From a virus (Duplodnaviria > Caudoviricetes): a stretch of 52,701 nucleotides of DNA. The notes beneath the pieces are model-generated. The model had not been told where the DNA came from and did not search any database. It saw only the letters and a list, made by a program, of their open reading frames with translations. Both the position numbers and the translations under genes were made by a program. Below, in pieces: positions 25,282 to 33,610 of the stretch (positions are counted from its first letter, which is position 1; each line of letters opens with the position of its first letter). The stretch spans positions 1 through 52,701 of IMG/VR virus record IMGVR_UViG_3300042465_005662; one strand, 5' to 3'.

Positions 25282-27725
25282 TATTGGTTCAGAGCTCGCA
25301 GTTGAGTTGGATTGAATTGCTGAACTGTACCATTGGGCATGCGTACGTGGACCACGGCCCGCGGGTCTTGCGTTTTGCCAATTGTGCTTCCCAAGAACGT
25401 GAACATGATGCGTTGCTGATCGGGATTTGATGGGACGACAAATGGGTCATTTTTGGTCCCTGTGTTAGGGGTGCGCATGACGTAGTCATCCTTCTCGTAA
25501 CCCAGCTGTGTCAGCACCTGCTGACGTCCATTACGCAAGCTAGTCTCGATCGCGTTCAATGTTTTTGCGGCCAGTTCTTTGTTCTGGAAGAAGCCTACGG
25601 GATTGTTAATTGCTTCGGCCAGCTCCCGAGCCCATTCCTGCTCTTGAACAGCTACGCGACCGCTTTCATTTGCAGAGGCGATGCTTTTTGTGAGGGTATT
25701 CAGCATGGTTTTCATGCGAATCTTTGCATCCTCTTGATCGAGGTTAGGCTTGATTGCCCCGGTCGGGTCCAGAGGGACAAACAAGTTATTGACCTTGTCC
25801 ACGAAGAAGGCACCGGGAGAGTACAGTTGTTGGAACAGGCCTCTAACATCATCCACGCCCCGCAGCGAATTGTCAAAAGATCGCAAGGTGCCTCCCAGCT
25901 TGACGCGCTCGGACTTGTCTGTCTCGATGGTGGTCGGGGCTTCGCCTCGGTTTTCAACATACGGGTTGTCCGTATTGCGCAACGTGAAGCGGCTGCTGAC
26001 CGCGGACTTGACGGCAGGATCGTTGGCGTCAATGCCCGAGCCCACAAACGAGCCGCTCTTAGTCTTGGTGACACGCAAACCCATGCCTGCGTCTTCAACA
26101 ATGCCGCCACCGGCCTGCTTGGCCTGCTCTTGCAATATTTTGTAGTCGCCTTCGAGCATCTTCAGCTTGACAGCCTGGGCATACTTGTCCTGTGCGTCCA
26201 CATCGCCAATGGCTTGTTGGAGTGCAGCCATCTTGCCCTTGACACCGAGCTCGCGCTCTTGTGCAGCGATTGCGGCAAAGCCGCGTGGCAGGCCAGAGGC
26301 GGCATCTGCCAAGGCCATGGCAAACGTAGGCTTGCGGGTCCCGGCCAGCTTCAGGCCCGCCTCCGACAATAAGAGCAGTGCGTTGATCTTAGCTGACTCC
26401 TTGTCGTCGCCCAGGATCTCTGCAAACAAGGGCTCGTACTCTGCCCGCGCGTCGCGAATGCGGTCGACCTTGCTCTTTTCCTTGACGGCTTCCTTAATGG
26501 CCCCGGCCACGCCAGTGTCCTTTTGACGCTTGTCAAAAGCACTCAGCTTGTCAGTAATAAATGCGCCCAAGTCATCTTCTGCGGGGGCCTCGACAGGCGT
26601 CTCTTGGCCAGCTGCAGCCGCAGAGGCAGCCATTGCAGGAGGTGCTGCCATGGGGATGGGCGTAGCTGCTTCACCGGGACGCTGCTGCGTCATGGTGTTC
26701 ATGTCCATTCGCATGGTGACCGGGCGCTGGCCTGCTGCAATCAATTCTTCACGGGTATCTGTGGGAATTTGACTGGCCATGCTGCTGCCCATACCGCCGT
26801 CGCCAGGGCCACCCCTGCCTGACACATAAGCTGATCCCGAGCCTACGCCCAGTGCGGGACCAACAAGGGCCGCGGCGCGCGGGAACTGTTCCGAGAGACG
26901 CGACACGCCTTGCTGGATGCCCTGCGTAAAGGTGGGCGTCAACAGGTCGCCGCCACGTTGAATCTGTTCAGCCGTGAACTTGCCGCCCGGGCCGCGCAGG
27001 TTTTCCAGGTAGGGCTGGGAAATGCCTTGAGGCGTCATGAACATTCGACCGAGCGCCGCGTTGGCCGACGAGCCCAGCTGACTGGCCTTGCTGCCCACGA
27101 ACTGAGCGGCGCGCATGGCAGGGTTGATGAATGCACCAGCGGCGGCATACATCGGAGGCATACCGTCGGGCGTAAGCGGCGCTACTTCGCCGCCGTAAGC
27201 GTAGCCCTGTGGGGCCTCAGCCCCCTGGGAAAAAGGGGGAGCACTCTCCATGCCCTGAGGCATGGGAATACCACCCTGAGGCATGGCCGGAGCAGATTGA
27301 GGGGCACCCATCTGGTCAGGGGCAGGCATGCCTGCGCCAGGGGCCTGACCGGCAGGAGCTTGCGCGCCGGGAGGAGCCATGGCTTGACCCTGGGGCAGTG
27401 CGCCAATACCCGCCTGCTGGGCACCCATCTGGCCCATCAACATGGCCAGCACCTCTGGAGGCGTTTCCATGGCGGCTTCTTCGCCCACCATTTGCGCCAG
27501 TTCCATGTAGCGAGCGTCCACCGAGCGCATGTCACCGCGCAGGTTGTTCATCAGGATTTCTGGATTCTGAGGCGTGCGCGCCATTGGAGGCATGTCCTCC
27601 ATGTCGGCGTTCTCGTCTTGGTCGGCCATCTCTTCCATGTCAAAGCCCGACATGATGCCAGTGCCCTGTGCTTCCTTGGACAGAGGCATTGCGAACATGG
27701 CTCGCTTGAGGATTTCTTCTTTCAT
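25281..27725 (-). CDS. internal virion / ejection protein, 814 aa
   Basis: ILKRAMF N-terminus, M/P/Q/A-rich linker, YAYGG motif, helical C-terminal half. Confidence 0.7.
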   Translation of the reverse strand: MKEEILKRAMFAMPLSKEAQGTGIMSGFDMEEMADQDENADMEDMPPMARTPQNPEILMNNLRGDMRSVDARYMELAQMVGEEAAMETPPEVLAMLMGQMGAQQAGIGALPQGQAMAPPGAQAPAGQAPGAGMPAPDQMGAPQSAPAMPQGGIPMPQGMESAPPFSQGAEAPQGYAYGGEVAPLTPDGMPPMYAAAGAFINPAMRAAQFVGSKASQLGSSANAALGRMFMTPQGISQPYLENLRGPGGKFTAEQIQRGGDLLTPTFTQGIQQGVSRLSEQFPRAAALVGPALGVGSGSAYVSGRGGPGDGGMGSSMASQIPTDTREELIAAGQRPVTMRMDMNTMTQQRPGEAATPIPMAAPPAMAASAAAAGQETPVEAPAEDDLGAFITDKLSAFDKRQKDTGVAGAIKEAVKEKSKVDRIRDARAEYEPLFAEILGDDKESAKINALLLLSEAGLKLAGTRKPTFAMALADAASGLPRGFAAIAAQERELGVKGKMAALQQAIGDVDAQDKYAQAVKLKMLEGDYKILQEQAKQAGGGIVEDAGMGLRVTKTKSGSFVGSGIDANDPAVKSAVSSRFTLRNTDNPYVENRGEAPTTIETDKSERVKLGGTLRSFDNSLRGVDDVRGLFQQLYSPGAFFVDKVNNLFVPLDPTGAIKPNLDQEDAKIRMKTMLNTLTKSIASANESGRVAVQEQEWARELAEAINNPVGFFQNKELAAKTLNAIETSLRNGRQQVLTQLGYEKDDYVMRTPNTGTKNDPFVVPSNPDQQRIMFTFLGSTIGKTQDPRAVVHVRMPNGTVQQFNPTQLRALNQ

Positions 27726-27734
27726 GTTTCTTCC

Positions 27735-29597
27735 TTAAATAACGCCTGCTGTGCGCGCAGCACCTGTAGCGCCTAGCGCCGCAATGCCCAAGCCCGCAGC
27801 CTGCTGGAAAGGGCTTGGAGCGGCCTGTGTCTGTTGCATGCTGGACATCTGCGACGACGGGGCGCCCCTGTAAATATCCGACAGGAATGCTGCCTGCTGG
27901 TACGGCTGCATGTTTTGCTGCAAAGTGTTTTGGCGCTGTGCGTCCAGCTCGGACTGGGCCTGCTTTTGCTGCGACGAGCCCAGGTTGTACAGGAAGTTGG
28001 TGTCCTGTTGGCCAAGGGCCTGAGCTTGTTGGCCAAGAGCCGCGTTCTGCATGCCGATGTTGGCTTGCTGCGTGCCAAGAGAACCGAGGCCCTGGGCTAT
28101 GTTCTGGCCAATGCCAAACTGCTGGCTGGCCAAGTTGCCAATGCCCTGGGCCATGGATTGGCCAAGCTGGGACTGCTGGCCATAGATGTTGGCCTGCTGG
28201 CCAGCAATGTTGCCGTACAGGCCCGAGAGGCCTGCCAGTTGGCCAGAAAGGTTGCCCTGCAAACCTGCTGCGGCTTGGCCAATTTGTGCTTGTTGAAGCT
28301 CCTGCTGGCCCATCGTCTGGCCCACATTTGCCTTCAACCCTGCTGCTGCCTGCCCGAATTGTGCCTGCTGCGCTGCTTGTTGGCCCACGGTCTGGCCGAT
28401 GTTGCTTGTCAGCCCTGCTGCGCCCTGACCGAGCTGTGCCTGCTGCAAAGACTGCTGCCCGTACAAGCCACCAATACCCTGAAGGGCTTGCGCCTGCTGA
28501 AGAGCCTGCTGTTGTTGTGTCTGACCAAACTGGCCTTGCATGCCTGCAGCGCCCTGCAGCCCTTGTGCTTGCGCCAGCTGGCGACCCTGCTGCTGCTCAA
28601 ACGCTTGTTGTGCCTGGGTAGAGGCCTGGTTGTAGCCCTGCGACAAACCGCCTACGATCGCCGCGTTGCGCTGCTCAGAGATAGCGCGCTCCAGCTCTGC
28701 CCGTTGCACGCCCTCGCGGCTGCCACCAAAGGCCCCGGCGCGCGTGGCTTGTGCCTGGAGATTTTGGCGAGAGATGTCACCTTGGCGATTGATCTGACGA
28801 ATAGACTCGTCAATCACCTGCTGCTGGTACGGATTCATGAATGCCTGAGCACGGCTCGGGTCATACATTTGGGCAGCGCCTTGCAGCGCTCCAATGCCCT
28901 GGCCCAGAGTGCCTTGAGCTTGACTGAAGTCAGTAGGGGCCGCGCCTCCTGCGATCCGCTCTGCTTGGCCAAGCGTGGACAGGGACTGACCCATGTTGGC
29001 TTGGGAGTACTGGTTGGCCATGTCAGCGGCACTGCCAAGGTAGCCTTGGGACCTCCCAAAGTCAGCCTGGGAGTACTGGTCCGCCATGTTCGCAGCACTG
29101 CCAAGGTAGCCTTGGGACTGGCCAAGGCCAGCCTGCTGATACTGCTGAGCCATGCCCTGGGCACCTTGAATGCCTTGTGCGCCCATGCCGATCAACGGAA
29201 CGCCTGCGCCAGCCAATTGAGCGCTTTGACCCATCTGGCCAATAGGGATGGCCGCTTGATTCATCGCGGCCTGCGCAGCGCCAAACTGGCCACGGGTATC
29301 TGCTCCACGCAACACGTCGGCGGCTTCGCCAAGCATGCTGCTGCCTGCGGTGACGTCGCGAGCCCCAGCGGTCAGGAACGGCTGATAAGCACCAATGCCC
29401 TGACGACCCATTTGCAGGGCGGTCAACTGATCGGGGCTCATGCCCGCGACTTCGTAGTCAGGGGTCAGGTATTCGCCGCTGAGGGCGTTCAGGTTGGCGG
29501 CATCGGTCAGCACCTTGGCCGAGTCCATGAGGCCGACTTTGCGCTCCTCAATATCCGGCGCTTCGCGCGATATGGTTTCTTGAACTTGATTCGCCAT
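27735..29597 (-). CDS. Gln/Gly/Ala-rich DNA pilot / ejection protein, 620 aa
   Basis: FMNPYQQQVI, AGAFGGSR, 22- and 25-aa repeats, hydrophobic C-terminus. Confidence 0.7.
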   Translation of the reverse strand: MANQVQETISREAPDIEERKVGLMDSAKVLTDAANLNALSGEYLTPDYEVAGMSPDQLTALQMGRQGIGAYQPFLTAGARDVTAGSSMLGEAADVLRGADTRGQFGAAQAAMNQAAIPIGQMGQSAQLAGAGVPLIGMGAQGIQGAQGMAQQYQQAGLGQSQGYLGSAANMADQYSQADFGRSQGYLGSAADMANQYSQANMGQSLSTLGQAERIAGGAAPTDFSQAQGTLGQGIGALQGAAQMYDPSRAQAFMNPYQQQVIDESIRQINRQGDISRQNLQAQATRAGAFGGSREGVQRAELERAISEQRNAAIVGGLSQGYNQASTQAQQAFEQQQGRQLAQAQGLQGAAGMQGQFGQTQQQQALQQAQALQGIGGLYGQQSLQQAQLGQGAAGLTSNIGQTVGQQAAQQAQFGQAAAGLKANVGQTMGQQELQQAQIGQAAAGLQGNLSGQLAGLSGLYGNIAGQQANIYGQQSQLGQSMAQGIGNLASQQFGIGQNIAQGLGSLGTQQANIGMQNAALGQQAQALGQQDTNFLYNLGSSQQKQAQSELDAQRQNTLQQNMQPYQQAAFLSDIYRGAPSSQMSSMQQTQAAPSPFQQAAGLGIAALGATGAARTAGVI

Positions 29598-29600
29598 AGA

Positions 29601-32600
29601 TCAGCCCCGTTCTGAGTTCTTTTCAAGCTGATGCATCAGCTTGTACATCTGTTTTGCGCCTGCACGGCGGTTGCCTTTGCCCGCGCCGCGGACCGCTTTC
29701 GCCGTCATGACGAACTCTCCGTCAGAGAGCATGGCAGGGATTGAATCGGATTTCTCGGTCCCCGGACCGCTGATTTGACCATTGCGTCGAGGATAACCGC
29801 CCTGAGCCAAAGCTGCAATACCGCCCATGTTCATAAACCGGGCAGCGCCCCCTGACAAAGCGTTCCAATTTGCATTGGATTGCGGACCAAACATGGTCTC
29901 AGCCGCATTCCTAATCTGCGGGTCCGTTGCCCCTTGCTGGGTCAGGCGCTGGTATGCCGCCATCTTGTCTTCGCCCGTAGGCAGCAGGCCAGCAGCCAAG
30001 GTCTGCGAGTAAAGATTGGGACCGGTGTAGCCTGCTCCGGGGTTTGTGATATTGGAATACATCCCGCCAGTGGAACCTGGGGGAGGCGTCATGGGCTTAA
30101 AAGTGACGGGATCGTAGTCACGCCCTGGTCTGTATTCCATGTCCCTCATTTCGCCGGGAGGCGTCATGGGCTTAAAAGTGACGGGATCGTAGTCACGCCC
30201 TGGTCTGTATTCCATGTCCCTGACCATCGACATACCCGGTCCCACGCGAGCACCGGGATCATCACTAAAATCCGGAGGAGGGGGGTTTATTCTTATAGTC
30301 TCGGTGTCCCCAGGGGGCGCTATCGGCGAAGGCGTGATTGGGCCGACCACATTCACTGGAGGCTGAGTGACTGGAGGCGCTATCGGCATCGTAGTAATTG
30401 GACCGCCCGGAGGTTGGGCGACTGGAGGCGTCACGATATTTTGCAGTCCTCTCCAATCAGCATCTGTTTGCATACCGTAGCGGTTTTCTGCGGCGGCGCG
30501 AATCTGAGCATCCGTCAAACCTTGTCGGGCCAGACCGCGATAAAGCTCTGCTTTGTCTTGACCGCTGTAGCCGCTAACATTACGGGGCAACTGGCCGCTG
30601 GCCGCGATACCCGCTTGCTGGTCCATGGCAAAGCGCTGGCCCTGCAACATTGGGGCGTAGGCAGCCTGCCGTTGAGCCACGGCAGCCGTGCGGTTACGAG
30701 CACCAAAACCGGTGTCTGCCGAATCCATAGGATTGGTCTCAGGCGCGAGGGCCGAGATTCCCGCATTGATGTTGCCGTACATATTCCCGCTGCCCGCGGC
30801 CCGGCGCATGGCTTTTTCTTGGGCAACCTTGTTCCGCGCAGCCTCCTGCTTGGCCAGTGTTGCTGCTCTGGACTCTGAGGTTCTTACGTTGTATGCCTTT
30901 TGCTCCTCAGCAATGGTTGGGTCTTCTGTAAACGCAGTCCATTTCTTGACGTCCATGCCGTCTTTAAATGTGTCTTGCCATTTAGCAAATTCCGCGGACG
31001 TAGGGTCTCGGCCCAGTACTCTTTTAAAAATGTCAGTGGTCTCTGCTACTCCGCCCTCGGCATAGTGCTGAACGTCTCCGCCCCCTGCGTACCGCTGTGG
31101 GCCCATCAGGTTGGTGTACATGGACGAGGTGTTGTAGGGCTGAGCCACTTGACGGCTGCCGATTGAGCCCGAAGGCGTGTTGTATACCGGAGGCAGGCTC
31201 ATGCCGCCCTGGCCCCCTGTCGCCGCACCGGACATGTTGAAGCCACCGTAGTCGTAGTCAGGGACGTCGTAGGTAGGCAGGCGCGTGCTTTGGCCAAAGA
31301 CCGGTGCGCCGAATTCGTCGTATACGACGCCCGGCAGGCCCTGCATATACATCTGGCGCTGCGTACCGCCCTCGCGGATGCGCTGGGTAACGGGTTTCAT
31401 CAAGGATTGGGTGATAGGTCCGCCTTGGACAGGCTTGGACTCAAAGCCTCCGGCCAAGCCCATGATGCCTAGACCTGCTCCCACGGCGGGGCCATACGTG
31501 CCCAAAACACCGGGCATCACGGACTTAAATGCGGTCTGGTACGCGGCTTCCTGCATAGCTGGAGTGGCAGTTGGGACACGCGCCAACAGGTCCGATACCG
31601 CCTTTGATCCCGCCTCTTGGGCAGCAGGGGTCGCGGCCTCCTTGATGCCGGAGGGAGAGATATTTTCGCTGACAAACTTTTTGGCGGAGTCAAACATCCC
31701 AGGCTGAGTGCCTCCGAGGGGCTTGGCCAAGCTGCCCTGTGAGGCGGTAGCATCAAATGCGCTGCCTGCAGGAGCTGGAGCCCCTGCAGCGGCAGAGGCC
31801 TGATCCCCAAAGAACTCTGGGAACGGTTTTACCGGAGCCCCGGTCATCTTCAGTTCGCTGTACGGCGCTGCATCGGGCACAGGCATCTGGTTTGAGCCAA
31901 GGCCTGCAGTGGGAGCCCCTGCTTCAGGAACCGGGGCCTGCACGGATGCACCAGGGGTAAACGCCCCGGTAAATTTGTCTATTTGCCCCTGGAACGCTTG
32001 GCCAGGGGTAAGGCCTGCGGTTGAAGCGCTGCCGGAAGCAAAGGCGTCTGCTCCGCCCATAAGCCCTGCGCCAGCACCTGCGGTAATCCCGCCGACGGCC
32101 CCCGCCCTAAGGGCATCCTTCAGGTTCCCGCCCGCCAAAAGCGTGGAGCCCGCAGAGCCTACAAAACCGCTGACCGCGGCCACGCCTGCAACGGAGCTTG
32201 CGCCCAAGAAGCTGGCTGCCGCTGGGCCGAGGAAAAAGCCCAGGGCCACGGTCGTTACAAGACGGCCCACGGTGCTGCTGGCAAACTTCTTGACCGCCTT
32301 GCCAATGGACTTGAAAGCCTTCTTCAAGAAGAACTCTGGCAGGCCTGTGGCGGGGTTGATCGTGCCCGAGCCGCCGCGGCGCTTGAGCATCCGGGCTTCG
32401 GCTGGGGTGATGTGAGCCAGCATGGTGTCGCCATTGCGACCGTAGCTGGCGATCGCCTTGGCAATGGGTTTCAGCTCCGCGATGCCGCCTTGAGCAAATG
32501 CCTGAACGCCCGTGGGGGCGGCAATCATCTGGTCCACTGCCATGTTCAGGGCAGCAAAGAAGTAGGGGTCAAACTGCTCAGGCAGGATGTCGTCGGGCAT

Positions 32601-32894
32601 GCCCTGGGCCAGGAACTGCTGACGCAACTGGTCATACTGCTCTGGGTTGGCCAGAATCTGATCGACCAGATCGTTCAGGGCATCGAGCTCCTCGGGAGAA
32701 ACATCCAGGCCTCGGAGTTCTTCTGTGAACTCGGCCACGGCCTGGGGATCAACCTGGGAAGCGCCTGCCAGCATCTCGTTGGAAAATTCCTGAGGAGAAA
32801 TCTGCTGGCGCATCTGTTCATAGATCGCCATTTCTTCAGGATTTGGGCCCTGTGGTGCCATCTCGGCAGGCATGCCCATTTGTGGGTTTTCCAT
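29601..32894 (-). CDS. modular internal virion protein, 1097 aa, with several AxGG motifs and a C-terminal GPGT..SDSIPAMLSDGEFV domain
   Basis: TAAGGAAG RBS; motifs typical of ejection and tape-measure proteins; Gly/Ala-rich TM-like segment. Confidence 0.75.
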   Translation of the reverse strand: MENPQMGMPAEMAPQGPNPEEMAIYEQMRQQISPQEFSNEMLAGASQVDPQAVAEFTEELRGLDVSPEELDALNDLVDQILANPEQYDQLRQQFLAQGMPDDILPEQFDPYFFAALNMAVDQMIAAPTGVQAFAQGGIAELKPIAKAIASYGRNGDTMLAHITPAEARMLKRRGGSGTINPATGLPEFFLKKAFKSIGKAVKKFASSTVGRLVTTVALGFFLGPAAASFLGASSVAGVAAVSGFVGSAGSTLLAGGNLKDALRAGAVGGITAGAGAGLMGGADAFASGSASTAGLTPGQAFQGQIDKFTGAFTPGASVQAPVPEAGAPTAGLGSNQMPVPDAAPYSELKMTGAPVKPFPEFFGDQASAAAGAPAPAGSAFDATASQGSLAKPLGGTQPGMFDSAKKFVSENISPSGIKEAATPAAQEAGSKAVSDLLARVPTATPAMQEAAYQTAFKSVMPGVLGTYGPAVGAGLGIMGLAGGFESKPVQGGPITQSLMKPVTQRIREGGTQRQMYMQGLPGVVYDEFGAPVFGQSTRLPTYDVPDYDYGGFNMSGAATGGQGGMSLPPVYNTPSGSIGSRQVAQPYNTSSMYTNLMGPQRYAGGGDVQHYAEGGVAETTDIFKRVLGRDPTSAEFAKWQDTFKDGMDVKKWTAFTEDPTIAEEQKAYNVRTSESRAATLAKQEAARNKVAQEKAMRRAAGSGNMYGNINAGISALAPETNPMDSADTGFGARNRTAAVAQRQAAYAPMLQGQRFAMDQQAGIAASGQLPRNVSGYSGQDKAELYRGLARQGLTDAQIRAAAENRYGMQTDADWRGLQNIVTPPVAQPPGGPITTMPIAPPVTQPPVNVVGPITPSPIAPPGDTETIRINPPPPDFSDDPGARVGPGMSMVRDMEYRPGRDYDPVTFKPMTPPGEMRDMEYRPGRDYDPVTFKPMTPPPGSTGGMYSNITNPGAGYTGPNLYSQTLAAGLLPTGEDKMAAYQRLTQQGATDPQIRNAAETMFGPQSNANWNALSGGAARFMNMGGIAALAQGGYPRRNGQISGPGTEKSDSIPAMLSDGEFVMTAKAVRGAGKGNRRAGAKQMYKLMHQLEKNSERG
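30081..30221. repeat. in-frame tandem duplication, 66 identical nt with a 75-nt period (RDMEYRPGRDYDPVTFKPMTPP x2)
   Basis: 30081-30146 equals 30156-30221. Confidence 0.9.
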
Positions 32895-32936
32895 AGTATC
32901 TTCCTTACGCCGTGGCAGGCAGGTAAAAGTGTTGAA

Positions 32937-32945
32937 ATCGTATCA
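32937..32945 (-). promoter_or_regulatory. possible extended -10 promoter (TGaTACGAT) upstream of the ejection-protein genes
   Basis: Motif lies in the 53-nt intergenic gap. Confidence 0.35.
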
Positions 32946-32947
32946 TG

Positions 32948-33610
32948 TTAGGGGGCTACCGGTCTAGGGCTGGGCAGCGGTGCGATGAAGTTCACCGCTA
33001 TCACCGCAGAAGGCATCCCGGGATGCGGAGCGGTCGGTGCAACAGCTTCCAACGTCATGTCCGTATCGTCCGATGCCCACCGCAACTCGACATACTCGTT
33101 CACTGCCAAATCGATGTTGAAGTTCCACGAAATGTTCAGGTGCACGTTGTTGCCGGAGACCGTGTATTGGTGAGTGGAGTAGCCGATGTCTGTGCCGTTT
33201 CGGGCAATCCAGATGTACACCTGCTTGGCGCTGGAGGACTTACTTCGCAACTGTCCGGAGAACTGAAAGTTGTACACGCCGCCAATCCCGACATATATCC
33301 GGCTGTCCGTGCCAGAGTTCACGAACACCGCGTTGTTCAGGTACTCAAGCGGAAAGTCGATAGGCTGGCCGACGTTCGCCGCCACGATGGGCTGGTCAGT
33401 AGTGCTGAAGAAAAGCCCGTTTGGACAGTCAATGTACTGCCCGCCGTTGGGCCCGATCAGGTTGTTGACGCTGCCGTTGAGGCGGTTGAAGTACAGGCGC
33501 AAAATGTTGTTGAGCTGGTCCTGGTAATACCGTGAGTAGCCCTCTTCCGCCAAAGGCAGGTTGGGGTTTGCAACCGATGCAAGCTGCTCGTTTCTGGCGA
33601 CGGCCATCAA
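32948..33610 (-). CDS. virion protein: short coiled coil + C1q/BclA-like jelly-roll domain (tail needle or plug-like)
   Basis: NILRLYFNRL helix; GVYNFQFS.Q...VYIW...NGTD...YVEL.W pattern. Confidence 0.65.
   Translation of the reverse strand: MMAVARNEQLASVANPNLPLAEEGYSRYYQDQLNNILRLYFNRLNGSVNNLIGPNGGQYIDCPNGLFFSTTDQPIVAANVGQPIDFPLEYLNNAVFVNSGTDSRIYVGIGGVYNFQFSGQLRSKSSSAKQVYIWIARNGTDIGYSTHQYTVSGNNVHLNISWNFNIDLAVNEYVELRWASDDTDMTLEAVAPTAPHPGMPSAVIAVNFIAPLPSPRPVAP

Noticed and set aside
27834-29615. 593-aa plus-strand ORF opposite the Gln-rich gene
   Set aside because: Antisense shadow of repetitive CAG/GCC/GGC codons (Leu/Cys-rich); no RBS or domain motifs
30081-30221. Direct repeat as a CRISPR array or DGR template/variable pair
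   Set aside because: Only two identical in-frame copies, no adenine-specific mismatches and no reverse transcriptase in the window
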